Source of the DNA: Bacteroidota bacterium
Lineage (GTDB): Bacteria > Bacteroidota > Bacteroidia > UBA4408
Reading direction: 5' to 3'
DNA: 64,000 bases
NCBI GenBank assembly: GCA_046297395.1
Contig: JBKCNM010000105.1
Coordinates: forward strand, 14,230-78,229
The position numbers and the translations under genes were made by a program. The notes below the pieces were generated by a model. That model had not been told where the DNA came from, did no database searches, and was given only the letters and a program-made list of their open reading frames with translations. Shown piece by piece: positions 39,591 through 49,452 of the stretch; positions within the stretch are counted from its first letter, which is position 1; every line of letters begins with the position of its first letter.

Positions 39591-41207
39591 TTACTTCTGG
39601 TCGCTGATTTTGTATTTGCTTTCGAATTCTTTGCTTTGAAGAACTTCCAACGCCTTCCTGTAAGGATCATTCAGGTCATTGATGATTTCAAAAAAGTTTT
39701 CAGGTTTGTATAAATCTCTTGCGAGCAAGGCCTTCAATTGTGTGACGATGATGAGCTTTGCGCTTTTAAATCCTTTCTCATCCTTGGCAACACCCTCTTT
39801 TATTCCTGCATTCACAAGCTCTTCCAACATCTGATCGGTGATGCGAAAACCTTTTTTGAATGCATTGAAATCGGGATAGAGGGATTTCAATTCCGGCCTG
39901 TGATTATCGGCGTATTTGAGAGCAAATGAGTTTACTACGCCTTTTCGGCTTAAATCGGTGAGGTATTTTGATGTACCTGTGGTATCGAGCGGAATGAAAA
40001 TATCAGGCATGATTCCCCCGCCTCCATAAACTGTTCTACCGGCAGGGGTTTTGTAAATAAGGGAATCCGGAAACTTGATCGAATCGCGATTCACCAATTC
40101 TCCCCTTTTGTAACGGTTCATCAGATCTTTGTAATAATCGTCACTTCCCTTGCCATAGGGCTTTTGAATGCACCTGCCTGTAGGTGTAAAATACTGCGCA
40201 ATGGTCATGCGCAGCGCAGATCCGTCGGGCAGGGGAAATTGATTCTGTACAAGTCCCTTTCCAAAAGTCCTGCGACCAATGAGTAATCCTCTGTCCCAAT
40301 CCTGAACCGCACCCGAGACAATTTCGCTGGCGGAAGCCGATCCTTCGTCAACCAGTACCACCAGCCGTCCCTGTTGAAACTCCCCGAACTGAGTGGAATT
40401 GTAATCTTTCCTTTGGGAATGCAAACCACTGGTATAGACAATCTTCTTACCTGCTGTTAAAAACTCATCTGCGATTTCAAATGCAGCATTTAAGAGGCCA
40501 CCGCCATTGTCCTGCAGATCGAGGATAATACTTTTGGCTCCTTGTTGTTTGAGTTGTTTGATTCCGTTGCGTACTTCCTCTGTGCTGGTTTGGGCAAAGC
40601 GACTTAACTTGATGTAGCCAATGCCGGGTTCAGCCATGTAGGAGGCATCCACAGAGTAAATGGGAATCTTGTCACGAACAATCGTAAAATCCAACAAATC
40701 TCTCAATCCCTTTCTGAAAACTGAAATCTTCACTTGTGTCCCTTTGTCTCCTCTTAAGCGCTTGAGGACTTGTTCATTTTTGATTTTTATTCCGGCTACA
40801 TTTTCACCTTCAATCTTTACGATGCGGTCTCCAGAGAGAATGCCCAGCCTGTCGGAGGGTCCTCCGGCGATGGGAGAAATCACTGTGATGGTATCTTCAA
40901 GAATGTTGAATTGAATGCCAATCCCTTCAAAATTACCACTGAGGGGCTCGTTGAATTCCTTGAGTTCTTTGGGGGTAACATAGACCGAGTGAGGGTCGAG
41001 TTTCTCCAACATTCCCTCAATTGCATCCTCTACCAATTTTTCATTTTTTACGGAATCCATGTAGTAATAATTCACGAGCTGCAGGGCTGCACCAAACTTA
41101 TCCATGGACTGACCCAATCCTGAAATTCCGGGCTGGGCAGACGCAGAAATCAATTGAAAAAAATAAAGGTAAAGTGATGTAAATGAGATAAATGCTTGTC
41201 TTTTCAT
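39591..41207 (-). CDS. S41-family carboxyl-terminal processing peptidase
   Basis: PDZ segment (GDRIVKIEGENVAG) and S41 catalytic blocks VLVDEGSASASEI and IGRRTFGKG. A signal peptide is present. Confidence 0.9.
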   Translation of the reverse strand: MKRQAFISFTSLYLYFFQLISASAQPGISGLGQSMDKFGAALQLVNYYYMDSVKNEKLVEDAIEGMLEKLDPHSVYVTPKELKEFNEPLSGNFEGIGIQFNILEDTITVISPIAGGPSDRLGILSGDRIVKIEGENVAGIKIKNEQVLKRLRGDKGTQVKISVFRKGLRDLLDFTIVRDKIPIYSVDASYMAEPGIGYIKLSRFAQTSTEEVRNGIKQLKQQGAKSIILDLQDNGGGLLNAAFEIADEFLTAGKKIVYTSGLHSQRKDYNSTQFGEFQQGRLVVLVDEGSASASEIVSGAVQDWDRGLLIGRRTFGKGLVQNQFPLPDGSALRMTIAQYFTPTGRCIQKPYGKGSDDYYKDLMNRYKRGELVNRDSIKFPDSLIYKTPAGRTVYGGGGIMPDIFIPLDTTGTSKYLTDLSRKGVVNSFALKYADNHRPELKSLYPDFNAFKKGFRITDQMLEELVNAGIKEGVAKDEKGFKSAKLIIVTQLKALLARDLYKPENFFEIINDLNDPYRKALEVLQSKEFESKYKISDQK

Positions 41208-41329
41208 GGTTCTGAGCCCAAAAGTATGTTTTTTAAATACTAAATAGTTAAAATCTTGACTGAATAGGAATTAATGATGTATATTCGCAGCGGAGCAAAA
41301 AGATAGTTCCTTTTAAGAAAAAATTGACC

Positions 41330-42292
41330 ATGAAAAAATTATTCATCATTGGGTTTTTATTTTCCCTTGTCTACTCTAAAGCCGGCGCACAATATCGCTG
41401 GGAATACGGTGGAGGAATTGGCGCTGCAAACTACCTGGGTGAAGTTGGCGGAGGCGAAGGAGATCGCAGAGATTTTATTGCAGATTTAAAACTGGGCTTC
41501 ACCAGATACCAGATAAATGGTTACTCTCGATACAAAATTTCCAAAGATTTCTCTGTGAAAGGAAACTTGATTTTCGTGAATATCTCCGGGAATGACAACA
41601 AATCCGTTAATCCAACCAGGGTTGGAAGAAACCTTAATTTCTCTACCAATATCTTCGAAATGTCCGTTCAAGGAGAATGGAATTTTTATCAGCAATCCAG
41701 GCTCTCAGGACGCTCCGGTATGATGCGTGGCCGTAAGAAGAAACGCACCGATTTTAAGAGTTATCTCTTTGCAGGGGTAGGATTTTTTTATTACAACCCC
41801 AAAGCGGAAATTGAAGGGAAATCATATGCCCTCCGCCAATATGAAACCGAGGGAGTTTCTTATTCTCCCATAGGAATTTGTTACCCCATCGGCATAGGCT
41901 TTGCCTACACCATCAATAAAACCGTTCGTCTTTGCATGGATATGTCCTATAGGTTTACCAATACCGATTACCTTGATGACGCAAGTGGAACCTATGGCAA
42001 GAAAACGCCCGGAAGTCTTGAAGAGAAGATTTCAAATCCCAATCTTCTTCTTCCAAAAAATGCTACTGCTCCTTCAGGGAAAGAATTGCCAATTGCTGCA
42101 AACTATGGATGGGACTACAACAATAATGTTGGTTTAAAAAGAGGAGATCCCAGCAACAAGGATGGTTATTTCCTTGTAACTGCCACAGCCGGCATTGTGA
42201 TCAAAGGAAAAAACAAATACTACAAAGGCAAGTACAAGAGCATTGCCAACCGTCGTAAGGTGGTGAAAAAGAAAACAAGAGCGAAATTTTAA
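41330..42292 (+). CDS. DUF6089-like outer-membrane beta-barrel protein (paralog A)
   Basis: Signal peptide MKKLFIIGFLFSLVYSKAGAQ, then YRWEYGGGIGAANYLGEVGG. Alternating beta pattern and a basic tail ending KKKTRAKF. Confidence 0.6.
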   Translation: MKKLFIIGFLFSLVYSKAGAQYRWEYGGGIGAANYLGEVGGGEGDRRDFIADLKLGFTRYQINGYSRYKISKDFSVKGNLIFVNISGNDNKSVNPTRVGRNLNFSTNIFEMSVQGEWNFYQQSRLSGRSGMMRGRKKKRTDFKSYLFAGVGFFYYNPKAEIEGKSYALRQYETEGVSYSPIGICYPIGIGFAYTINKTVRLCMDMSYRFTNTDYLDDASGTYGKKTPGSLEEKISNPNLLLPKNATAPSGKELPIAANYGWDYNNNVGLKRGDPSNKDGYFLVTATAGIVIKGKNKYYKGKYKSIANRRKVVKKKTRAKF

Positions 42293-42300
42293 TCGCAGAA

Positions 42301-42332
42301 AAAAGCGGTACAAAATGTACCGCTTTTTTTTT
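42301..42332 (+). terminator. Rho-independent terminator
   Basis: aaaaGCGGTAC-aaaat-GTACCGC followed by nine T residues, starting 9 nt after the stop at 42292. Confidence 0.7.
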
Positions 42333-42422
42333 ACCCCCCTTTTATTGGCATTTCATCGAAAATATTTAACTGTTACCGGAGGCAATCGTTTCAGCTCATG
42401 TAAGTTTACCACATCTAATGAT

Positions 42423-43400
42423 ATGTTAAAACAGCCGTGGATTCCTAAGTTTTCTCTGATGTTGCTCCTGCCTTTCCTTCAATTAAAAACAGTTCAGGCG
42501 CAATACAGGAAAGAATATGGGGCCACCCTCTCCTCTGCTGTTTCAGTTACAGATGTGGGCGGAGGACCCGAAACCTATACTGACTTCTATAATTATTCAA
42601 AAGCAGGCCTACCCCGCTTTCATCTGGCCGGCTATGTTAGGTACAAAATCACCAAAGACTTTTCTGCCAGGGCAAACCTTGGGTACCTGATGATCAGCGG
42701 CACGGACAAGCATGCCGGGAATGCGCTGCTTTTCGGACGAAACCTCAATTTTACCTCGCATCTGGCTGAATTGAGCTTTCAGGCAGAGTGGAATTTTTTT
42801 CAGCTCACTCATCTGCCCGGGTGGTCCCTCAATAAAAAGCAACGCAGAAAGAGATTAGACATCAAAGGATATACCATCACAGGCATAGGACTTTTGTATT
42901 ACCTACCAACTGCAGAAATTAACGGAACCCTTTACAATCTCAGAAAATACCGGAACGAAGGAACATTCTACAGTCCATTAACCCTTTGTTTTCCGGTTGG
43001 CGTGGGTATATCCTATGCCTATAACTCACATTATAAATTCAGTTTTGAGTTGAGTTACCGTTTCACAACCACAGACTATCTGGATGACGCCAGCAACCGA
43101 TACACACAGAAAGAGATTGGATCAACCGACGAATTGATATCCAATCCAAATCTATTGCTTCCCTCAGAAAGCAAGACAAGTGATGGAAAAGAAATTCCAT
43201 CGCAATCAAATTATGGATGGAACAGTTTTAGAGGAACCGGCATGTTGAGGGGAAATCCAAAAAATAACGATGGGTATATACTGGCTTCGGTATCTGTTGG
43301 CATCATTCTCAAAGGAATGAACAGTACCTACAAGGCAAGGAAAAAAGGATTGCAAAAACGCCTCAAAATGGGCAGAAGAAAAACCAGGGCCAAGTTTTAA
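42423..43400 (+). CDS. DUF6089-like outer-membrane beta-barrel protein (paralog B)
   Basis: MLKQPWIPKFSLMLLLPFLQLKTVQAQ signal peptide, then YRKEYGATLSSAVSVTDVGGG. Colinear with paralog A and ends RRKTRAKF. The track start at 42315 lies inside the upstream terminator hairpin. Confidence 0.6.
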   Translation: MLKQPWIPKFSLMLLLPFLQLKTVQAQYRKEYGATLSSAVSVTDVGGGPETYTDFYNYSKAGLPRFHLAGYVRYKITKDFSARANLGYLMISGTDKHAGNALLFGRNLNFTSHLAELSFQAEWNFFQLTHLPGWSLNKKQRRKRLDIKGYTITGIGLLYYLPTAEINGTLYNLRKYRNEGTFYSPLTLCFPVGVGISYAYNSHYKFSFELSYRFTTTDYLDDASNRYTQKEIGSTDELISNPNLLLPSESKTSDGKEIPSQSNYGWNSFRGTGMLRGNPKNNDGYILASVSVGIILKGMNSTYKARKKGLQKRLKMGRRKTRAKF

Positions 43401-43434
43401 TATTGAAGCCTGCTTTTTTTGCAAATTCGCATCT

Positions 43435-44493
43435 GTGCTGAAGTTTCTCATTTGCTATCCCTTGTCGCTGATTTATGGCTTTGTCATCAGCACCAGGAAT
43501 CTTCTTTTTGACATAGGCGTACTCAAGCAAACTGAGACCCGTTTACCTACCCTAGTTGTTGGTAATTTAAGTACGGGTGGCACAGGTAAAACACCCATGA
43601 TTCAATGGTTGCTTTCCCAACTCTCCGACCTGCATCCAGCGGTATTGAGCAGGGGCTATGGTAGAAGCACAAAGGGTTTGCGAATGGTTGATACAAAAGA
43701 TGATGCCATCCTCTGTGGAGATGAACCATTGGAAATCAAACAAGCCTTCCCGGAAGTACCGGTGGTGGTTTGTGAAAACCGTTTAAGCGGCATTGCCTTT
43801 ATTGAAAAACAATTTCCTGCCTGCAGGCTCGTACTGCTTGATGATGGTTTCCAGCACAGGCAATTGAAACCCGGACTTGCCTGGGTATTGATGGATTATC
43901 AGTCCCTTCTCAAACCATTGCAATTGCTGCCACTGGGACGCTTGCGTGAACCCTTATCTGCACTCAAGCGGGCTCACTATGTTATCATCACCAAATGTCC
44001 TGATGGCTATGATATGAATCTGTCCCGAGAAAAAATAAGTCCATGTCACATTCCCATTGTTCACAGCAAAATGGCTTATGGAAATACCCTTGTTCATGCA
44101 TGTAATAAGGATGATAGCATAACATCTGAGTCGCTAAAAAACCGACTCGTGTATTGTATCAGTGGAATTGCAAATCCTGATGCACTCCTCCAATATCTGG
44201 AAAAAATAAGTGGGAAACTTTATCCCCTCACCTATCCGGATCATCATGCATACAACAAAAAAGATGAAGCAGAATTTTTACAACTGCATAAAAATGAAGC
44301 TGCACAGCATGTATTTGTATGCACCCAAAAGGATGCAGTAAAACTGAAAAAGTTCATGGAGCAAAATCCCGTATTTCCCTTGTATATACTTCGGGCCTCA
44401 GTGGAGTTTGCGCAACAAAATGATACCTTCGCACTCATCAAAAACATTAGAGACTATGTTGGAAAATATACAAGAGACGGCCAGTTTTCTTAA
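43435..44493 (+). CDS. lpxK: Tetraacyldisaccharide 4'-kinase
   Basis: P-loop VGNLSTGGTGKTP and LLDDGFQH are LpxK hallmarks. GTG start. Confidence 0.9.
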   Translation: MLKFLICYPLSLIYGFVISTRNLLFDIGVLKQTETRLPTLVVGNLSTGGTGKTPMIQWLLSQLSDLHPAVLSRGYGRSTKGLRMVDTKDDAILCGDEPLEIKQAFPEVPVVVCENRLSGIAFIEKQFPACRLVLLDDGFQHRQLKPGLAWVLMDYQSLLKPLQLLPLGRLREPLSALKRAHYVIITKCPDGYDMNLSREKISPCHIPIVHSKMAYGNTLVHACNKDDSITSESLKNRLVYCISGIANPDALLQYLEKISGKLYPLTYPDHHAYNKKDEAEFLQLHKNEAAQHVFVCTQKDAVKLKKFMEQNPVFPLYILRASVEFAQQNDTFALIKNIRDYVGKYTRDGQFS

Positions 44494-45271
44494 AACCAAA
44501 ACCGAAAACTTTGCTCCCTTGGCAGGAATCATTCTGGGTACAGGCTTGGGAGGACTTGTAAAAGAAATTGACATACGGTATTCCATTCCCTATGACACCA
44601 TTCCCCATTTCCCAGTTTCAACGGTGGAAGGGCACTCCGGCAGGCTCATCTTCGGAATGCTTGGCGGAAAGCCGGTGATGGCTATGCAGGGTAGATTTCA
44701 TTACTATGAGGGATATCCCATGAAGCAAGTAACTTTTCCGGTGAGGGTGATGAAGTTCATGGGCATTCAGTATCTGTTTGTCTCTAATGCCAGCGGAGGG
44801 GTAAATCCCGATTTTGAAATTGGTGACCTGATGATCCTGAGTGACCACATCAACCTCTTCCCCGAAAGTCCTCTGCATGGTAAAAACATGGATACTCTTG
44901 GTCCTCGTTTTCCCGACATGAGCGAAGCCTATGACCACGCACTGATTGAAAAAGCAAAAGCAGTGGCTGCCTCACTGAATATTAAGGTACAAACAGGCGT
45001 ATATGCGGGTGTAAGCGGGCCTTGTCTTGAAACACCTGCTGAGTATAGATATGTAAGGAACATTGGTGCAGATGCTGTGGGTATGTCAACAGTCCCGGAG
45101 GTGATTGTTGCCAGGCACATGGGTATTCCGTGTTTTGCCATCTCCATCATTACAGACCTGGGTGTACCCGGAAAAATTGTCAAGGTAACCCATCAGGATG
45201 TGCAGGAAGTGGCCTCCAAAGCAGAACCTTTGATGACGCGAGTGATGAAGCAGATGGTTACCGAGCTTTGA
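44456..45271 (+). CDS. Purine nucleoside phosphorylase (trimeric PNP family)
   Basis: GRFHYYEG, VSNASGG and GADAVGMSTVPEV motifs. The start is placed at MLENIQETASFLK (44456), which overlaps the end of lpxK by 38 nt. Confidence 0.9.
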   Translation: MLENIQETASFLKTKTENFAPLAGIILGTGLGGLVKEIDIRYSIPYDTIPHFPVSTVEGHSGRLIFGMLGGKPVMAMQGRFHYYEGYPMKQVTFPVRVMKFMGIQYLFVSNASGGVNPDFEIGDLMILSDHINLFPESPLHGKNMDTLGPRFPDMSEAYDHALIEKAKAVAASLNIKVQTGVYAGVSGPCLETPAEYRYVRNIGADAVGMSTVPEVIVARHMGIPCFAISIITDLGVPGKIVKVTHQDVQEVASKAEPLMTRVMKQMVTEL

Positions 45272-45421
45272 AGCCACCGCTCACAGGTAAAGAAGTGACC
45301 TCATGCTTGCAAGCACTGTAATCGGCTGCGAGAGCATTCTTTTAAAAAGGAAAACATATTTACAAAACAAAAGCAAACGCCTGCTGTTTTTGTACCTTCA
45401 ACGCAGCAATAATTTGTTTAT

Positions 45422-46672
45422 ATGAAGTGCAAAGCCCATCTGATGACCATTGGCGATGAGATTCTCATTGGTCAGGTAGTGGATACCAATGCCTCATATA
45501 TTGCGGCAAGCCTCACTGCTGCGGGTGTTAGCGTGGTTGGCAAAACATGTATAGGCGATCGTGCTGATGAAATCCTGGAAGCACTCAATCGATTGTGGGA
45601 ACAAAATGATTTGTTGGTGATTACCGGCGGACTCGGTCCCACCAACGACGACATTACAAAAAAAACCCTCCTCCGATTTTTTAATGATACACTTGTTCAC
45701 CATGAGCCTACGCTGGAGCACATCCGTCAGTTGTTTCGTTCCTTCGGCCGGGAAATCAACGATGCCCAGTATGGACAGGCCATGTTGCCATCCACTTGCC
45801 GGGTATTAAGAAATGTGTTGGGAACCGCTCCGGGCATGTGGTTTGAGCGAGAGGGCAAAGTAATGATCAGCTTGCCGGGAGTACCTTATGAGATGAAAGG
45901 CATTTTGGAGAAAGAAGTATTACCGCTTATTACAACTCACTTTCATTTGCCTTTTATTTCCCAGAAAACCTTGCTCACCATGGGGCTTGGAGAATCCTAT
46001 ATTGCCGAAAAAATAAAACATGTGGAGGATCAACTGTCTTCAGATGTTTCTTTGGCCTATTTGCCTCATGCCAGCGGAGTAAGACTGAGGGTGAGTTGCA
46101 CGGGAAACAGACAAAAAGCAACGGAAAAGGTAGAAAAAGTTGTTGATCAGTTGGAAGAGATTCTCTCGCACTGGGCATTTGGGTACAACGAAGAAACACT
46201 GGCGGGAGCTGTTTTAAAAAAATGCCATGCGCTGGATATACATATTGCCACAGCGGAGAGTTGCACCGGAGGATATATGGCCCAGTTGATTACCGGCGTA
46301 CCGGGTGCATCCGCTCATTACAAAGGAAGCATCGTTGCCTATGATGAAGGATGCAAGGTGAGCCTTCTGGGTATTCCCCAGGAGACGATCAATACCTTTG
46401 GTGTGGTAAGCAAAGAAACGGCTGAGGCAATGGCTGCAGCAGTGGCCCGCTTAACGGGAGCACACATGGGCATTGCTACCACGGGAGTAGCCGGACCAAG
46501 CGGAGGAACTGAAGAAAATCCGGTGGGCACGGTCTGGATTGCCATATGGATCAAGGGCAAGATCCACAGCAAAAGATGGCAGCTGGGTGAACAGCGTTCG
46601 AGGGTCATAGAGAGGGCATCTCTCACAGGGCTCATGGAAGCATTCAGGATATTAAAAACACATCACAAATGA
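45422..46672 (+). CDS. cinA: CinA-family protein (MoCF-binding domain + nicotinamide-nucleotide amidohydrolase PncC domain)
   Basis: N-terminal ITGGLGPTNDD and C-terminal ATAESCTGG...GIATTGVAGP. Confidence 0.9.
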   Translation: MKCKAHLMTIGDEILIGQVVDTNASYIAASLTAAGVSVVGKTCIGDRADEILEALNRLWEQNDLLVITGGLGPTNDDITKKTLLRFFNDTLVHHEPTLEHIRQLFRSFGREINDAQYGQAMLPSTCRVLRNVLGTAPGMWFEREGKVMISLPGVPYEMKGILEKEVLPLITTHFHLPFISQKTLLTMGLGESYIAEKIKHVEDQLSSDVSLAYLPHASGVRLRVSCTGNRQKATEKVEKVVDQLEEILSHWAFGYNEETLAGAVLKKCHALDIHIATAESCTGGYMAQLITGVPGASAHYKGSIVAYDEGCKVSLLGIPQETINTFGVVSKETAEAMAAAVARLTGAHMGIATTGVAGPSGGTEENPVGTVWIAIWIKGKIHSKRWQLGEQRSRVIERASLTGLMEAFRILKTHHK

Positions 46673-47214
46673 AAATATATACAAGGACAGGCGACAAGGG
46701 TCAGACCTCCTTGCTGGGAGGCAGCAGGGTTGACAAGCATCACATCCGCATAGAGAGTTATGGTACGGTTGACGAATTAAACTCCTGGTTGGGAATGCTG
46801 GCTTGCAGTTTATCGGGAGAGTATGAGCGCAGCATGCTTCTGAGGATACAAGATCGCTTGTTTACCATGGGTTCCAGATTGGCCATGGAGCGTGAAACAA
46901 ACATCAAACTGCCCGGCTTAAAACAGGATGATGTAGATTTTCTGGAGAAGGAGATCGACCGAATGGATGGAGTTTTGGAACCCATGCGTCATTTTATTTT
47001 ACCCGGCGGACATCCGGTTGTTGCGCAGGTACATATAGCCCGTTGTGTATGCAGGAGAGCAGAACGCTGCATCATGCGCTTGAACAGCGAGGAAAAGGTA
47101 GAGGAGATACTCATTCAGTACATCAATAGACTGAGTGATTACCTGTTTACCCTTGCGAGATATGAATCAAGGCAGGTAGGCGCATCTGAGCACCCCTGGG
47201 TACCTGAGAAGTAA
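46669..47214 (+). CDS. PduO-type ATP:cob(I)alamin adenosyltransferase
   Basis: MKIYTRTGDKGQTSLLGG...FILPGG is the family signature. ATGA overlap with cinA. Confidence 0.9.
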   Translation: MKIYTRTGDKGQTSLLGGSRVDKHHIRIESYGTVDELNSWLGMLACSLSGEYERSMLLRIQDRLFTMGSRLAMERETNIKLPGLKQDDVDFLEKEIDRMDGVLEPMRHFILPGGHPVVAQVHIARCVCRRAERCIMRLNSEEKVEEILIQYINRLSDYLFTLARYESRQVGASEHPWVPEK

Positions 47215-47248
47215 AGGAATAAATACTTGAAAAAAAACTTTGAATAAG

Positions 47249-47256
47249 TATCTTTG
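47249..47256 (+). promoter_or_regulatory. Candidate -7 promoter box (TATCTTTG) for the wzm-wzt-pse operon
   Basis: Exact TAnnTTTG match, 23 nt upstream of the ATG at 47279. A TTG lies about 20 nt further upstream. Confidence 0.4.
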
Positions 47257-47278
47257 ACATCCTTTTAAAGCGAGCGCA

Positions 47279-48142
47279 TTGGATACTTTGGAAAAAGAGC
47301 ATTGGACGGAGACAATTACACCCAGCAGGGGTATCTTTGATTTGAGGTTGAAAGAATTGTGGCGCTACAGAGATTTGATTCTACTTTTTGTGCGTCGGGA
47401 TTTCATCGCCACCTATAAGCAAACCATTTTGGGGCCTTTGTGGTTTTTCATTCAACCCATCTTTACTACATTGGTTTTTACCCTTGTATTCGGAAAAATC
47501 GGGAAGATGGGGCCGGAAGGTGTTCCTGTTTTTCTTTATTACCTCTCAGGCATCATTTTATGGACATATTTTTCTGATTGTTTTCTCAAGACTTCAAACA
47601 CCTTTATCGACAATCAGAATCTTTTTGGTAAGGTTTATTTCCCCAGACTTACTGTTCCGCTCAGCATCGTCATTTCCAACCTCATCAAATTTGGTATTCA
47701 AATGGTATTGTTCTTGGTATTATGGACCATCCAATACAGTAAGGGTTTGGTGCATATTCAGATAAGCATTATTTTATTTCCGGTTTTGTTGATTCTGATG
47801 GCGGTTTTGGGCATGGGCTTCGGGCTGATTATTTCGGCTCTCACCACCAAATACAGAGACCTGCGTTATTTGGTGCAGTTCGGGGTTCAGTTGCTGATGT
47901 ATCTCACACCCGGAATTATCATGCGTTATGAATCCATTCAGCGTCAATTCCCAAAGTTCGTTTGGCTAGCCGACATCAATCCTTTGTTTCCCATTGTTGA
48001 GTCATTCAAACATGGATGGCTCAGTGCGGGCACTCTTCAAATCATTCCACTGCTCTTATCTGCCTTGGCATCCACCCTGATTCTTTTGGCTGGTATTGCC
48101 ATTTTCAATCGGACTGAGCGAAGTTTTATGGATACAATATGA
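47279..48142 (+). CDS. wzm: ABC-2 type polysaccharide export permease (Wzm-like)
   Basis: 287 aa and 6 TM. RDFIATYKQTILGPLWFFIQP is the typical ABC-2/Wzm start. ATGA overlap with the following ATPase gene. Confidence 0.85.
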   Translation: MDTLEKEHWTETITPSRGIFDLRLKELWRYRDLILLFVRRDFIATYKQTILGPLWFFIQPIFTTLVFTLVFGKIGKMGPEGVPVFLYYLSGIILWTYFSDCFLKTSNTFIDNQNLFGKVYFPRLTVPLSIVISNLIKFGIQMVLFLVLWTIQYSKGLVHIQISIILFPVLLILMAVLGMGFGLIISALTTKYRDLRYLVQFGVQLLMYLTPGIIMRYESIQRQFPKFVWLADINPLFPIVESFKHGWLSAGTLQIIPLLLSALASTLILLAGIAIFNRTERSFMDTI

Positions 48143-49452
48143 GTAAGTCGGGAGAATTTGCCATTCAGGTTGAGAACCTCAGCAAGATGTACCGCTTGGG
48201 TAGCATCAGTTCCGGAACCATCGCCCAGGACCTGAATATTTTTTGGCATCACCTACAGGGAAAAGAAAATCCATATTTGCGGATAGGAGAAAAGAATGAT
48301 CGTACTGCTGAAGGTGGTAGCGATTATGTTTGGGCATTGAAGGACATTGATTTTGAGGTAAAAAAGGGAGATATTTTGGGAGTAATTGGAAGCAATGGTG
48401 CCGGAAAAAGCACGCTCCTGAAAATCCTCAGTAAGATTACTGCACCCACTTCCGGAAAGATAACCATTGATGGTAGAATCGCCAGCCTGCTTGAGGTTGG
48501 GACCGGTTTTCATCCGGAACTTACAGGAAGAGAAAACATCTTTTTAAATGGTGCCATCCTCGGAATGAGCAAGGTAGAAATTAAAAGAAAACTGGATTCA
48601 ATTGTTGAATTTTCGGGTTGTGTCCGATACATTGACACCCCGGTAAAGCGTTACTCTTCGGGTATGTCTGTGAGACTGGGTTTTGCCGTTGCAGCCTTTT
48701 TAGATCCTGAAATCATGGTGGTGGATGAAGTGCTGGCTGTAGGCGATGCAGATTTTCAAAAAAAATGTCTGGATCGGATGTCGGAATTGAGTCATGCCGA
48801 AGGGAGAACGATTTTATTTGTGAGTCATAACATTTCTGCTATTCGTGCTTTATGCAACAATGCCATCGTATTGGATCGCGGAACACTTGCCTATAAAGGG
48901 AATGTAACAGATTCCATCGAGTATTACCTCAACATGAACCGAAGCTCCGGCATCATCAATCCTGATGGTGATGAACTGAAATTAAAGAAGGTTGTTATCG
49001 GCAATCAGGATAAAGAGACCAATGCTTTGGAATACGGAGACACCCTTGTGGTTTCTCTTCATTTTTATTCTGAAAAGGAATGGGACAAACCTTATTTCTG
49101 GTGCGGGATAAAAAGCAGGTTTGGAAGTCTGCTTGGCGCCAACGGATTGCTTGATGGCATTAAGGCAAAAAAAGTTTCAGGGGACTTTACCGTCACTTTT
49201 AAGTTTCCCAATCTTAAATTACTTCCACAGGATTACACTGTTTCATTCGGATCTCGCGCCTCCGATGGCCACACCTTTTTAATGACCAGTATGGAGATTG
49301 GCAGTTTCTCTTTTGTAACGCCTGTGCAGGAATTGGGCATGAACGGTCCCTTGGCTGAAATGCTTGCAAAAGAATCTGCTCCGGTGTTAACACCATACGA
49401 AATTTGGATTAACGACAATTTATTGGCAACTTTCGAACCACACAAGAGATAA
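48139..49452 (+). CDS. wzt: Polysaccharide export ABC ATPase (Wzt-like) with C-terminal carbohydrate-binding-type extension
   Basis: Walker A GSNGAGKST, signature YSSGMSVRLGFA, Walker B MVVDEVLAVGD. A further beta-rich extension of about 180 aa follows (LKKVVIGNQD...FTVTFKFPNLKLLPQDYTVSFG), as in Wzt proteins that carry a glycan-terminus-binding module. Confidence 0.85.
   Translation: MSKSGEFAIQVENLSKMYRLGSISSGTIAQDLNIFWHHLQGKENPYLRIGEKNDRTAEGGSDYVWALKDIDFEVKKGDILGVIGSNGAGKSTLLKILSKITAPTSGKITIDGRIASLLEVGTGFHPELTGRENIFLNGAILGMSKVEIKRKLDSIVEFSGCVRYIDTPVKRYSSGMSVRLGFAVAAFLDPEIMVVDEVLAVGDADFQKKCLDRMSELSHAEGRTILFVSHNISAIRALCNNAIVLDRGTLAYKGNVTDSIEYYLNMNRSSGIINPDGDELKLKKVVIGNQDKETNALEYGDTLVVSLHFYSEKEWDKPYFWCGIKSRFGSLLGANGLLDGIKAKKVSGDFTVTFKFPNLKLLPQDYTVSFGSRASDGHTFLMTSMEIGSFSFVTPVQELGMNGPLAEMLAKESAPVLTPYEIWINDNLLATFEPHKR

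Noticed and set aside
42315-42422. An upstream ATG for the second DUF6089-like gene.
   Set aside because: This ATG sits inside the terminator hairpin of the preceding gene. The signal peptide begins at the Met at 42423.
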